Origin: Mycoplasmatota bacterium
GTDB lineage: Bacteria > Bacillota_I > Bacilli_A > MAG-NZ
Reading direction: 5' to 3'
Assembly: GCA_018394315.1 (NCBI GenBank)
Contig: CP074575.1
Span: 1,830,615 to 1,894,614, forward strand
Length of the DNA: 64,000 nt
Numbering within the stretch: the first letter of the stretch is position 1; each line of letters begins with the position of its first letter. The notes under the pieces were generated by a model that had not been told where the DNA came from, ran no database searches, and saw only the letters and a list, made by a program, of their open reading frames with translations. Position numbers and translations under genes: made by a program. This document shows positions 40,571 through 51,303 of this stretch, piece after piece.

Positions 40571-42151
40571 TTAATTATTATCGATAGCTCTTTCTATAAT
40601 TTTTTCACTTATTTTAATCCCATCAACTGCAGCAGATACAATTCCTCCTGCATAACCGCAACCTTCCCCACATGGATACAAATTTAAAATATTGACACTC
40701 ATAAGACTTTTAACATCTCTTACTATTCTTATAGGAGAAGAACTCCTAGTCTCAACTCCAGTTAAGATTGCATCATCCAAAGAAAAACTCTTTACTCTTT
40801 TATTAAAAAACTCAAGTGAATCAACTATAGCTTTATTAATTTCATCTGAGTAAATCTCTCTTAGATTGGCAAACGTGGTACCAATTTTGTATGATGGATT
40901 AATATCTCCTATCTTTTCAGTCTTCTTATTATTTATAAAATCCACAACTCTTTGTACAGGTGCATTATAATTTTTTCCACCTAACAAAAACGCTTTTCTT
41001 TCCATCTCTCGTTGGAAATTCACTCCAGAAAATACATCATCACCTACATCATTACGGTCAATTGTTACTAGTATCGCACTATTTGCATTTGGCATATCTC
41101 TTGCATATTCACTCATACCATTCACAACAACAGTATTTATTTCACTTTGTGAAGGGACAACAATTCCTCCAGGACACATGCAAAATGTATAAACTCCCCT
41201 TCCATTAGCTTGGTTAGTTAATTTATATTCTGCTGGTCCTAGTCTTGGATTGTTGTACTCATTACCATATTGTGCTCTATTTATTAGTAATTGTGGATGC
41301 TCAATTCTAAAACCTACAGCAAAAGGTTTTTGTTCAATCCTAACTCCTGACTCATAAAGCATCTTAAATGTATCTCTTGAGCTATGTCCAATTGCTAATA
41401 CTACATAATCATAATTTTTTTTCATTCCATTAACAACTATTCCTACAATTGATTCATTTTCAATTATTACATTTTCTAATTTAGTATTAAAATAAATACT
41501 TGCACCTAATTTACGGGTTTTATTTCTAATATTCTTGACCACTTCTCTTAGCTTATCCGTCCCTATATGCGGATTATGCACATATGAAATCTCATTAGGA
41601 GCCCCTGCAAGAATCAACTCATCAAGAACCTTTGTTGTTCTGATGTTTTTGTTTCTAGAAGTTAACTTTCCATCTGAAAAAGTTCCAGCTCCACCCTCTC
41701 CGAATTGTACATTAGACTCTGTGTTTAGATTTCTGTTAATCCAAAAGTCGTTAACGGATTTTATTCTTTTTTCTATTTCTTCCCCTCGTTCATAAACATC
41801 AACTGTAAATCCAGCTTCAGCCAGGCACATAGCAGAATACATACCCGCAGGACCATAACCAATTACGGCTACTTTTTTGTTTGTGGAGATCTTCTTAATA
41901 TCATATCGGTGTTCATTATATACCATTACATTTTTTATGTTTCGTTTTAGAACAACCGTCTCATTTTTAAGTTCTAGTCCAATATTAAATTGATAAATTA
42001 TATTTTCTTTTTTCCTTGCATCTAAACTTCTCTTAAGAATAACGAAATCAACAATATCATCTATATTGATCCCTAAATATTTGGCACACTTTTTCTTCAG
42101 TTTTCTTTCATCACTATTAATTGATAGCTTAAGTCCTGTTATTTGCAGCAT
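40571..42151 (-). CDS. uncharacterised FAD-dependent oxidoreductase (COG2509-like)
   Basis: GYGPAG, NVQFGEGGAGTFSDGKL, HIGTD, FCMCPGG, GVETRSSSP, GEGCGYAGGIVSAA. Confidence 0.88.
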   Translation of the reverse strand: MLQITGLKLSINSDERKLKKKCAKYLGINIDDIVDFVILKRSLDARKKENIIYQFNIGLELKNETVVLKRNIKNVMVYNEHRYDIKKISTNKKVAVIGYGPAGMYSAMCLAEAGFTVDVYERGEEIEKRIKSVNDFWINRNLNTESNVQFGEGGAGTFSDGKLTSRNKNIRTTKVLDELILAGAPNEISYVHNPHIGTDKLREVVKNIRNKTRKLGASIYFNTKLENVIIENESIVGIVVNGMKKNYDYVVLAIGHSSRDTFKMLYESGVRIEQKPFAVGFRIEHPQLLINRAQYGNEYNNPRLGPAEYKLTNQANGRGVYTFCMCPGGIVVPSQSEINTVVVNGMSEYARDMPNANSAILVTIDRNDVGDDVFSGVNFQREMERKAFLLGGKNYNAPVQRVVDFINNKKTEKIGDINPSYKIGTTFANLREIYSDEINKAIVDSLEFFNKRVKSFSLDDAILTGVETRSSSPIRIVRDVKSLMSVNILNLYPCGEGCGYAGGIVSAAVDGIKISEKIIERAIDNN

Positions 42152-42180
42152 CTATATCACCTTCATATTAATACTACCAT

Positions 42181-42208
42181 AAAAAAGAAAAGTCGTTACC
42201 GACTTTCT
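42181..42208 (-). terminator. terminator
   Basis: GAAAGTCG...CGACTTTTC with T-tract on minus strand. Confidence 0.7.
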
Positions 42209-42217
42209 ATAAATCTA

Positions 42218-43540
42218 TTAATAAATTTTGAATCCAGACTTTATTGTTGAATATAATAGAGGCCTATATCTAATTTTTAAATAACTTGAGTAGTCTAGTG
42301 ATTTAAACCCAGTAAAACTCGGACGGACATTAGCCTCTAGTAGCCATAGATTTTTTTTCTTATCAATGGCTATGTCCATCCCAAATTCAATATATTTTCT
42401 ATCTGATTCAATATGCCTTGCCGTATCAATACAAAGTTTAATAATTTTCTTTTTATATTGAAGGGTTTCACCCAGTTCAAGTTTAAAAACTTTTGTTAGA
42501 GTAAATATTAGTCCTTTAATATAGCTTCCTTGTGCGACATTTGTTATTTCCTTTCCTGTAGATACTCTGCACTCTATCCCAGTGCAATCCCATTTGTCAT
42601 TAAGATTCTTTTGAATGACAACTCTTATATCAAATTTTCCACCATCTAGTTCAGCCAAATCGATATACTCCTGAACCAAGTAATTATGGAAAAACATTGG
42701 ATTTTTGTTAAAAAAGTTCCTCAAGGCACTCAAGTCATTAAAGGTCCGCATTTTCCCATCCTTAACCCTATAGTCATATACTATAAAGTTCTTATCTGTC
42801 TCTTCTATTACACATATCCCTCTTCCTCTTGAAGAATTGGTAGGTTTTAATATTACTTTTCTATATTTATATAAAAAATCATCGACTAATTCAAAATCTT
42901 TACATTTACTTGTTTTTGGTAAATATCTGCTTAGTTTTTTATTTCTTTTAATTAAATTATAAAAATCTCCTTTTATTAATTTATCGGAATTATATATTTC
43001 ATTTCCTAAAACAGCTTTTAACTTCTTGATATCATTCGTATGATGTCTAAAACTTCTTCTGTATAATATTTTTGGTAGCGGAAACTCACCAAATATCCAT
43101 CCATTTTCAGGATGATAGTAAAGTCCACACGCAGTCATTTTATCATAATCTATATTTTTGGGAGTAAATGCTGTAACTAAGCCTTGTATTTTATCATAAA
43201 TCCCTAATCTATCAAGATATCTTTCCATATGTTGAATTGTATACATTTCTGCACTATTTCCAAGAAGAAATCCTATAATTGGACCTATTTCAATTATCCC
43301 TTTCCTTGTAAAAAACTGATACTTTAGATTACTGTCAATATACATCATTTCAATTATCTCATCTGGTAGCTTAATTTCATAACAGTCATTTATAAGAGCA
43401 TCAATACTGCTTTCGTAGTAAACAATTTCAATATCCTTCTTAATGTGACCTACTTTTATAAACTCTATTTTGTGTCTTTTTAGTGTTTTCGGAAAATAAG
43501 CTAGGTTATTACCACTACTAACTATCTTAACCCATCTCAA
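42218..43540 (-). CDS. YheC/YheD-family ATP-grasp protein
   Basis: GPIIG, P.ILYRR, YLPKT, ILKPTNSSRGRGI, YLVQEYI, FDIRV, TNVAQG, FGMDIAID, LLEANVRP. Confidence 0.85.
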   Translation of the reverse strand: MRWVKIVSSGNNLAYFPKTLKRHKIEFIKVGHIKKDIEIVYYESSIDALINDCYEIKLPDEIIEMMYIDSNLKYQFFTRKGIIEIGPIIGFLLGNSAEMYTIQHMERYLDRLGIYDKIQGLVTAFTPKNIDYDKMTACGLYYHPENGWIFGEFPLPKILYRRSFRHHTNDIKKLKAVLGNEIYNSDKLIKGDFYNLIKRNKKLSRYLPKTSKCKDFELVDDFLYKYRKVILKPTNSSRGRGICVIEETDKNFIVYDYRVKDGKMRTFNDLSALRNFFNKNPMFFHNYLVQEYIDLAELDGGKFDIRVVIQKNLNDKWDCTGIECRVSTGKEITNVAQGSYIKGLIFTLTKVFKLELGETLQYKKKIIKLCIDTARHIESDRKYIEFGMDIAIDKKKNLWLLEANVRPSFTGFKSLDYSSYLKIRYRPLLYSTIKSGFKIY

Positions 43541-44285
43541 AATTTTCCCTTCCTTTCATATGCATGAATGAGACAATCTTTAAAAGAGTATTTCTTATGT
43601 CGAATTGATTATACCCGCCTACTGTCATTATAAGTAATTCATTGTTTACAGTAATAGCAAAGTTAATAGTAAAGAGAATTATACTAGGGTAAAATCGCCT
43701 TAAAAAACGGACAATATCCCGCGAGACATCTTTAATTGTGTCATTGGATGCACTATTATCATACAAGAAACAATTTACTTTTACTATCTTTCTAATCATC
43801 TTTCTCTTAACATCGGTATAAAGAAGATTTCCTGAAGGGCTCATTATATCTAATTCATCAACTAGTTTACGTTTAAGATATATATTATCACTATTGCATT
43901 CATCGATTCTTTTTTCAATGTTTGTAACATACTTTCTCGTCTTACTAGATAATTTTAATATCTCGAATACAGAGATTTGGTCTAGTCTATTATGAGAATT
44001 AAACAAACTTATCCCATCAACAGCGTTAAGTTTTCTCAATTTGTTCATCTTATATTTTCGCTTCTCAGCCGAAAGGTTGAAAATGTGACTTGGAAGTTCA
44101 TATATACCATCATTTGCACCTTCAATATCTACCTTTATCCCAGAAAAGGTAACATTTTCTAGATAAATACTGTCCAAGTTTATGATAAAGAAAATCAAAT
44201 CAAGTTTAAATTCATAAACTAAATCATATATTATTTCCTTGTACTTATCAAGTGATTCTTTAACTACAATTATACCAATCTCCAA
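43527..44285 (-). CDS. hypothetical protein, possibly a degenerate YheC/D-like partner
   Basis: GAGGTG SD + TTG; overlaps the next gene; LPSHIFN and LFN similarity but no catalytic ATP-grasp motifs. Confidence 0.55.
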   Translation of the reverse strand: MEIGIIVVKESLDKYKEIIYDLVYEFKLDLIFFIINLDSIYLENVTFSGIKVDIEGANDGIYELPSHIFNLSAEKRKYKMNKLRKLNAVDGISLFNSHNRLDQISVFEILKLSSKTRKYVTNIEKRIDECNSDNIYLKRKLVDELDIMSPSGNLLYTDVKRKMIRKIVKVNCFLYDNSASNDTIKDVSRDIVRFLRRFYPSIILFTINFAITVNNELLIMTVGGYNQFDIRNTLLKIVSFMHMKGRENFEMG

Positions 44286-44535
44286 TATATCCTCACCTCA
44301 AATCCAATAATATTATATGCACGTCTTAGCTTTACTGATAGGCATAGAAATGTAAAAAGCGAATCTAAAAGACCCGCATAAAAGTACAAACAAAATATAT
44401 ATTAGTTTTTCTTCATTTTTTTAGAATAATAAGCTCGCTTCCAACACTACAATATGGGTATAATTTATCGTAGTCAATAATTTGACCACAAACAGTACTT
44501 GAATTGTCTAAAAATAAAAGAAGTAATGTAATTTC

Positions 44536-46371
44536 TTACAAAACTTCTTTAGTTTTCTTTTCTTTGAATTGGTTAAGATATAACCTATGATAATAACCTT
44601 TTTGCTCAAGTAATTCCTTATGATTACCACGCTCTGTAATAACACCATTCTTAAGAACTAAGATCAAGTCTGCATTTACAATTGTAGAAAGTCTATGTGC
44701 AATAATAAAACTAGTTCTTCCCTTTAATAATGTATCAATTGCGCCCTGAATCAACTTCTCAGTTTCAGTATCAATACTTGATGTTGCCTCATCTAAAATC
44801 AAGATTTTCGGATCAGCAATAACTGCTCTCGCAAATGATAATAATTGCTTTTCACCCACACTTAGTTTATTTCCGCCTTCTCCTACTTCTGAATTATAAC
44901 CATTTGGAGTTTTAGAAATAAACCGATCAGCATTTACTGTTTTTGCTGCGCTAACAATCTCCTCAAAAGTAGCATCTAATTTTCCATAAGCAATGTTATC
45001 TTTGATTGTTCCAGTAAATAGATGAGGTGATTGTAATACATAACCTAAATTCGAATGCAACCAAGCAATAGAACGCCTTTTGTAATTTTTACCATCAATT
45101 AATATTTGACCTCCTGTTGGTTCATAGAATCTACTAATTAGATTAACGATGGTAGATTTACCGGAACCAGTTTCACCTACTAAGGCAACACTCATTCCTG
45201 CATCAATTTTTAAGTTAAACCTATCTAAAATCTTCTCACCATCTTTATACTTGAAAGATACATCCTTAAACTCAATGTTTCCGTCCAAATCTTCCCAATT
45301 TTCAATCTTCTTATCGAATAAGTCACCATATTTTTCTATAACTTCTGGACTGTCAGATAAGTCTAAAGGACTATCAATTAAAGAAATTATTCTCTCAGCA
45401 GCTGCTTGCCCCTGTTGAAATTCTGACAATATATTAGTTAAGTTAAGTATTGGTTCAAAAAACTGCATTGAGTATTGAATAAACATAAATAGTGTTCCTA
45501 CGGTAATAAATGTGTTATATACCATCATTCCGCCAAAGAATGTTGATAAAGAAGTTCCAACATAACCTAAGAACAACACTGTAGGCCATAATAATGAAGA
45601 AATTGTAACTGCTCTAACTGAGCTCCTTTTCATTCTCGAAGTTATACTACCGAAGTCTTCTAAATGTTTATCTTCTAATACTAGTGTTTTTGTAGTTGTA
45701 GCACCCATTATGCTTTCGCTAAATCCGGCAGTGATTTTTGAGTTCGTTTTTCTTACATCTCGCCATTGTATTAATATTTTCTTCCTGAAATATATCGCTA
45801 CTAGGACTAATAAAGGCACAACACTTAAAGTAATCAGTGCCAATTTAACATTGACAATAAATAATACAATTGCAATTATTATCATTAACATAAAAGACCA
45901 TACAACATCAATCAGTCCCCAAGCCAAAATGTTACTTAATTTTCTTGAGTCTGAAGTCATTCTCGCCATGATCCACCCTGTCGGAGTCTTATCATAATAA
46001 GAGAATGGAAGTTTTTGTAGTTTTCTAAACGCCTTCTCTCTTAATTGAGCAGCTGTACTTGTTTCAATTTTACCCGCGTAAATGATGAATAGTCTTATAA
46101 GTGCTGCAAAAACAAAAACCAATAATACATATATAACTGCGAAGATAATTATCTTATAAGATTCTGTTTTAACAAAATCTCCAGATAAGAATGTATCGAT
46201 CGCATATCTATTTAATAATGGTAGTAATGTTTCCACAAAGGCAATTCCAATTGCGATAATTATTGAAATAATCAATAATTTTCTTTGCGGTAGTAAATAC
46301 CTTAAAATTTTCTTCCATGTTTCAAATTCAAAACTATCATTATAATCTTGTTCTTTTAAAAATTCAGCCAT
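44536..46371 (-). CDS. ABC exporter half-transporter
   Basis: GETGSGKST, LSVGEKQ, LDEATSSID. Confidence 0.92.
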   Translation of the reverse strand: MAEFLKEQDYNDSFEFETWKKILRYLLPQRKLLIISIIIAIGIAFVETLLPLLNRYAIDTFLSGDFVKTESYKIIIFAVIYVLLVFVFAALIRLFIIYAGKIETSTAAQLREKAFRKLQKLPFSYYDKTPTGWIMARMTSDSRKLSNILAWGLIDVVWSFMLMIIIAIVLFIVNVKLALITLSVVPLLVLVAIYFRKKILIQWRDVRKTNSKITAGFSESIMGATTTKTLVLEDKHLEDFGSITSRMKRSSVRAVTISSLLWPTVLFLGYVGTSLSTFFGGMMVYNTFITVGTLFMFIQYSMQFFEPILNLTNILSEFQQGQAAAERIISLIDSPLDLSDSPEVIEKYGDLFDKKIENWEDLDGNIEFKDVSFKYKDGEKILDRFNLKIDAGMSVALVGETGSGKSTIVNLISRFYEPTGGQILIDGKNYKRRSIAWLHSNLGYVLQSPHLFTGTIKDNIAYGKLDATFEEIVSAAKTVNADRFISKTPNGYNSEVGEGGNKLSVGEKQLLSFARAVIADPKILILDEATSSIDTETEKLIQGAIDTLLKGRTSFIIAHRLSTIVNADLILVLKNGVITERGNHKELLEQKGYYHRLYLNQFKEKKTKEVL

Positions 46372-46373
46372 TA

Positions 46374-48164
46374 TTATTCACCCCCTATTATTTCTTCAAG
46401 TTCATCAGATAAACCTGTTTGAATATCATATAACTTTCTGTATAATCCATTCTCTAATATCAATTGATCGTGAGTACCATTCTCAACGATTTTTCCTTTT
46501 TCTAGAACTAGTATTCTATCTGCTTCCATAGCTGTCGTAATTCTATGTGTGATAATCAAAACTGTAGTATCACTTGATTCATCATTTAGAGCTTCTCTTA
46601 TTGATAAATCAGTTTCAGTATCTAGTGCGCTTAAAGAATCATCAAACACCATAATTGGTCTATCATCGATTAATAATCTCGCAATCGCAACACGCTGCTT
46701 TTGACCACCACTAAGAGTAACACCTTTTTCACCAACTATAGTTTCATACCCTTTTTCAAACCCCTGGATATCATTATGTAGACTTGCTAATTGTGCAGCT
46801 CTAATAATTCTTTTCTCATCTCTTTTCTTTAAAGTAATCCCGATATTTTCTTGAACAGTTTTAGAATACAAGAATGGTTCTTGTAGAATAACTCCTACGT
46901 TACTTCTTAAATGTTTCTTAGAGTATTTACTTAATTCAACTCCATCTATTGTGATAGCACCTGACTGATAATCTAATAATCTAATCAACAACTTGATTAA
47001 AGTTGATTTTCCACTACCAGTTTTACCAACTAAAGCAATTGTTTCACCTGGATTAATCTTAAGACTAATGTTATCAAGTAAATTTTGATCAGAGTCATCA
47101 AATTTAAAAGAAACTTCTTTAAACTCAATTTCACCTTTAATCTCACTTGTTAAGTTACCATCACTCTCATATTCGTCATTAACATCAAATATTTTATTCA
47201 ACCTATCTATAGAAACTACTGTTTTACTATATTCCGAAACAATACGTCCTAAGTTTCTAATTGGCCAAACTACTATCTGAACTAACATAATAAATGCAAT
47301 TAACTGCCCAGTAGAGATGTTACCTTCAAGTGCATAGAAAGTACCTATTACTAATGTTAAACAATATTGTATTAATGTGATAAAGTCACTTGTTGACCAG
47401 TAATTAGCCATTTTATAATACATTTTAAGAGATCTATTCTTGTAAAACTCATTTTTCTCTACGAATTTATCAATTTCATATTGTTCATTACTGAATGCTT
47501 TAACAACTCGAACCCCATTTAAGTTTTCTTGAACAGTAGTTGTTAATGATGCTTCTGCTTCTTCTACTTTAGTAAATATTTTTTCGATTTTCTTAAAGTA
47601 GAACATTGAGATTCCTACGGTAATTGGTAAAACAACTAATGAAATAATTGTTAAAACCGGATCAATAAGAACCATTTGATAGATAACAGAAACTGATAAT
47701 CCACTAATCCAAAAAATGTTAAACACATGATTTTGAAAGAACATTCTTATGGTGTCTATATCTGTTGTCGACCTTTGAATTAAGTCTCCTGTATCAGCGT
47801 TATTATGATAACTATATGATAGATTTTGTAAATGTGAATACATTTTGTTTCTTAAATCTCTTGCAATACTCTCTGAAAAATTAGCTTTTGATACTGAATT
47901 CCCTATCATCATAAAACCTCTAAACAAAGCGAATATAGCGAAACCAAATGTAACATTTAGCAAATGAGTTTTAAAATCACTTGCGTATAATAAATCTACA
48001 ACGAACGATGGTAGATTAGGTACTGCATCACCAAGTAGAGAGTCAATCACATACTCAATGACTTTTGGTATAAAAGATCTAGTAATACTTAAAAGAATTG
48101 TAAACATTATACCTAGGAAGAAAATCCATTTATGATTTTTTCCGATTTTGATTAGTTGTTTCAT
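46374..48164 (-). CDS. ABC exporter half-transporter (degenerate Walker B)
   Basis: GKTGSGKST, LSGGQKQR, FDDSLSALD. Confidence 0.92.
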   Translation of the reverse strand: MKQLIKIGKNHKWIFFLGIMFTILLSITRSFIPKVIEYVIDSLLGDAVPNLPSFVVDLLYASDFKTHLLNVTFGFAIFALFRGFMMIGNSVSKANFSESIARDLRNKMYSHLQNLSYSYHNNADTGDLIQRSTTDIDTIRMFFQNHVFNIFWISGLSVSVIYQMVLIDPVLTIISLVVLPITVGISMFYFKKIEKIFTKVEEAEASLTTTVQENLNGVRVVKAFSNEQYEIDKFVEKNEFYKNRSLKMYYKMANYWSTSDFITLIQYCLTLVIGTFYALEGNISTGQLIAFIMLVQIVVWPIRNLGRIVSEYSKTVVSIDRLNKIFDVNDEYESDGNLTSEIKGEIEFKEVSFKFDDSDQNLLDNISLKINPGETIALVGKTGSGKSTLIKLLIRLLDYQSGAITIDGVELSKYSKKHLRSNVGVILQEPFLYSKTVQENIGITLKKRDEKRIIRAAQLASLHNDIQGFEKGYETIVGEKGVTLSGGQKQRVAIARLLIDDRPIMVFDDSLSALDTETDLSIREALNDESSDTTVLIITHRITTAMEADRILVLEKGKIVENGTHDQLILENGLYRKLYDIQTGLSDELEEIIGGE

Positions 48165-48247
48165 TTCCTCACCTCTTCCTATAGATTATATTCAAACAAA
48201 TGATATTCGTGACTTTTGCTTGAATGAATAATCATATTAATAAACAT

Positions 48248-48277
48248 AAAAAAAACATAGATACAATTATCTATGTT
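48248..48277 (-). terminator. intrinsic terminator upstream of the ABC exporter genes (candidate attenuator)
   Basis: AACATAGATA-N4-TATCTATGTT followed by T-tract on minus strand. Confidence 0.75.
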
Positions 48278-48383
48278 CATACATAATATTATTTTTTTGA
48301 TCAAATAGTAAATTAGGGGTACCTAATAACTCATCTTAATCAAGCCAATAACAACCTATGGTTTTCAAATGTAAATGATAAAA

Positions 48384-48617
48384 TCATTTGAGTACTTGTA
48401 GCTTCATACGAGAGGTAGTCAAATAATTACTAATTTCCAATCTGGAAAAATGATATTTTGAATTTGAAAGACATAGATTTTTTATATGAACAATAGTTTC
48501 AATTATATTCTTTTTGAAACATAAAATTTCTTTTCCGCGCGCTACAAATGTATAAGATAAATCTAACATAGAATCAATGACACTTGCATAACTCGATAAT
48601 AATAATTTTCTAGTCAT
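48384..48617 (-). CDS. 77-aa ORF, candidate leader peptide
   Basis: strong GAAAGGAGG SD, TTGACA box at 48685-48680, no recognisable family. Confidence 0.5.
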   Translation of the reverse strand: MTRKLLLSSYASVIDSMLDLSYTFVARGKEILCFKKNIIETIVHIKNLCLSNSKYHFSRLEISNYLTTSRMKLQVLK

Positions 48618-48801
48618 TTGACCTTCCTCCTTTCATAAAATAAAAACTACTTATTAGTTTTACCACTTTTGGCTATTATTGTCAATTGTTTTTTAAAAAA
48701 ATTTAGGAAAGATATGTAAATGTGAAAATATCTTGTTGAATTCCCAAAATTATGACTATAAATTGCTTTAATCAAAAAAGCAATTCTTATGCTACGCACT
48801 C

Positions 48802-49659
48802 TTACTTATATGAGTCTGCACTAAATTCAACCCAATAAATATCTCTTTCATTAAATGTTTCCCTAACAAAAAACAAGTACTTTCCATCAGGAGATAACGA
48901 TGCCATTGCGTCCCACGATCCAGAATTAATATTCTCTCCTAAGTTTATTGGTTCACTAAATCCATTAGTTGTTCTAAATGATATATATAAATCAGCGCTT
49001 CCAAATCCGCCAAATTTCCTAGAATCAAAAATAATGAACTGTTCATCCGAAGATATAAATGGATGACTCGCATAAAAGTGACCCTCAAACTCCTTTATTT
49101 TTTCTGCTTTTAAATACTTCCTCCCATCAAAGTTAGATACAAAGATGCCCTCTCCTTCTCTTGTAAAATATATATTTCCACTGTCTGATATTGATGCAAA
49201 ATACTCTAAACTAGTACTATTTATACTACTTGGTAGTCTAACTGGCTCACCCCATCCTTCATCTTCTCGTTCAACAAAGTATAACTCACTAGGTTTTCCA
49301 GTTTCGTTTAAAGATGCAGAGAAAAAGAGTTTATCACTGTCAGGTGAAAGTATGGGTTCCATCTCAGGAAGTCCAGTAAATGATATAAACTCAGGATCTC
49401 TCCATTTATTATCTGTACCTTTTTTGACGTGCATCAAGAACCTATTTCTGTCTTTATCCATAGCACCATAGAAAAATTCATCATACTTACGAGAAAATGT
49501 GCATGGATATTCAAAATTTTCTTCAAGTGAAATTACACCCTCTGCAAAAACAATTGGTATATCAAGTGGTTTTTCTTCACCAAAATAATCATCTTCTATT
49601 CCACAAGAACTTAAAACCAACATTGACAGCATTATTAATCCTATTTTCAAATTTATCAC
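48802..49659 (-). CDS. lipoprotein with PD40/TolB-like beta-propeller repeats
   Basis: lipobox LSSC; P.LSPD..KLFFS, PINLG..INS, LSPDGKYLFF. Confidence 0.8.
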   Translation of the reverse strand: MINLKIGLIMLSMLVLSSCGIEDDYFGEEKPLDIPIVFAEGVISLEENFEYPCTFSRKYDEFFYGAMDKDRNRFLMHVKKGTDNKWRDPEFISFTGLPEMEPILSPDSDKLFFSASLNETGKPSELYFVEREDEGWGEPVRLPSSINSTSLEYFASISDSGNIYFTREGEGIFVSNFDGRKYLKAEKIKEFEGHFYASHPFISSDEQFIIFDSRKFGGFGSADLYISFRTTNGFSEPINLGENINSGSWDAMASLSPDGKYLFFVRETFNERDIYWVEFSADSYK

Positions 49660-49750
49660 TCCTAGAGATTTTATATATCAATGTTAGCATAATTAATTAT
49701 TCAATTAAAGCGGAAGCCAGTGAATTAGTCTTTTTCTTGACTTTGTTTTA

Positions 49751-49777
49751 TAAAAAAAAGAGTAGGTTTTTACTCTA
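49751..49777 (-). terminator. terminator after arsC
   Basis: AGAGTA...TACTCT then T-tract on minus strand. Confidence 0.65.
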
Positions 49778-49808
49778 ATTTTCTTTAGATTTAGTGTTAT
49801 ACATAATT

Positions 49809-50216
49809 CTATTTGTTAAATTCTCCCTTTATAATTCTGTTCTTTAAATCAATCATTTTGGACTTAATAATATCTCTTGTAATTCTATAATCTTCAACGG
49901 GCCCACCTGAGGGGTCCTCCAGTCCCCAGTCTTCTCTATACTTACTAGGTACATTAGGGCAATTTACATTGCATCCCATTGTAATTAGTATATCCAATTC
50001 TCTTGGAATATCTGATAGCAATTTGGGTTTATGATTACTCATATTAACTCCAGTTTCTTCCATTACTTCTACAGCAAGCGGTTTTACTTCTGGATAATTT
50101 TCAGTTCCAGCAGAGTAAGCTTCTATTATATCCCCCGCAAGTTCTTTTGCCCATCCTTCTGCCATCTGGCTTCTGCATGAATTATGAACGCAAACAAAAG
50201 CAATTCTATATTTCAT
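49809..50216 (-). CDS. arsC: arsenate reductase (LMW-PTP/thioredoxin type)
   Basis: CVHNSCRSQMAEG, TMGC...CP, WGLEDP; adjacent to acr3. Confidence 0.88.
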   Translation of the reverse strand: MKYRIAFVCVHNSCRSQMAEGWAKELAGDIIEAYSAGTENYPEVKPLAVEVMEETGVNMSNHKPKLLSDIPRELDILITMGCNVNCPNVPSKYREDWGLEDPSGGPVEDYRITRDIIKSKMIDLKNRIIKGEFNK

Positions 50217-50241
50217 TTCACATCGACTCCTTTATTAGTGA

Positions 50242-51303
50242 TTATGTAGTCTTAAACCAATATCTTGTATTGTTAGCTATTCTAACAAGAGTTAGCATTA
50301 CTGGTACTTCAACAAGCACTCCAACCACGGTCGCTAATGCAGCACCTGATTGTAATCCAAACAGAGCAATTGCAACTGCAACAGCAAGTTCGAAGAAATT
50401 ACTTGCACCAATTAATGCAGCAGGTGCTGCAATATTATGTTTCAATTTCCATGCTTTTGCCCATATATATGCTATAGAGAATATTAAGAACGTTTGAATT
50501 GTGAGTGGGATTGCTATCAAAGCAATATGCAAAGGATTATTTAATATAATTTTACCTTGAAATGAAAATATAATTATTAATGTTAGGAATAATCCGATAA
50601 TAGTTGTTTTATCAAATTTCTTCAAAAACGAATTCTCAAAATAATCAAGTCCTTTTCTCTTTACAATATATTTTCTAGATAGAAATCCACCTAATAACGG
50701 GATAACAACAAACAATACAACTGATAGAAACAAAGTATCATATGGGACCTCTATATTAGTTACACCTAGTAGTATAGCTACAATAGGAGTAAAAGCTAAT
50801 AGCAAAATAAGATCGTTTACAGCTACTTGTACTAATGTATAAGCAGGATCTCCCTTCGTTAAGTGACTCCAAACAAATACCATTGCTGTACATGGTGCAG
50901 CACCTAAAAGTACAGCCCCAGCTAAATATTCATTTGCTAAATCTGGAGTAATCCAAAGTTTAAATACTACTTTTAAGAAAAATGCCGCAATTAAATACAT
51001 AGTAAAAGGCTTAATCAGCCAATTTGTTACAGTAGTAATCGTAAGTCCCTTAGGACGTTTTGTTGCCTTTACAATACTAGTAAAATCTACTTTTAACATC
51101 ATCGGGTAAATCATTAGCCATATAAGAATCGCCACTGGTATAGAAACGTTAGCGTATTCAAATTTAGACAGTGTTTCTGGTATTATTGGAATCCATTTAC
51201 CTATTAACAACCCCAAAAGAATACACAATGCTACCCATAAAGTTAAATACCTTCCGAACACACCCATTTCATTTGCCAAATTATTTTCCTTAAGTCTACT
51301 CAT
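50242..51303 (-). CDS. acr3: Acr3 arsenite efflux transporter
   Basis: YLTLWV, MIYPMM, NWLIKPF, APCTAMVFVW, ASNFFELAVAVA, LVEVPVML. Confidence 0.95.
   Translation of the reverse strand: MSRLKENNLANEMGVFGRYLTLWVALCILLGLLIGKWIPIIPETLSKFEYANVSIPVAILIWLMIYPMMLKVDFTSIVKATKRPKGLTITTVTNWLIKPFTMYLIAAFFLKVVFKLWITPDLANEYLAGAVLLGAAPCTAMVFVWSHLTKGDPAYTLVQVAVNDLILLLAFTPIVAILLGVTNIEVPYDTLFLSVVLFVVIPLLGGFLSRKYIVKRKGLDYFENSFLKKFDKTTIIGLFLTLIIIFSFQGKIILNNPLHIALIAIPLTIQTFLIFSIAYIWAKAWKLKHNIAAPAALIGASNFFELAVAVAIALFGLQSGAALATVVGVLVEVPVMLTLVRIANNTRYWFKTT

Noticed and set aside
44413..44535. ~40 open codons in frame after the ABC transporter stop
   Set aside because: No start codon or SD, and TAA read-through is unlikely.
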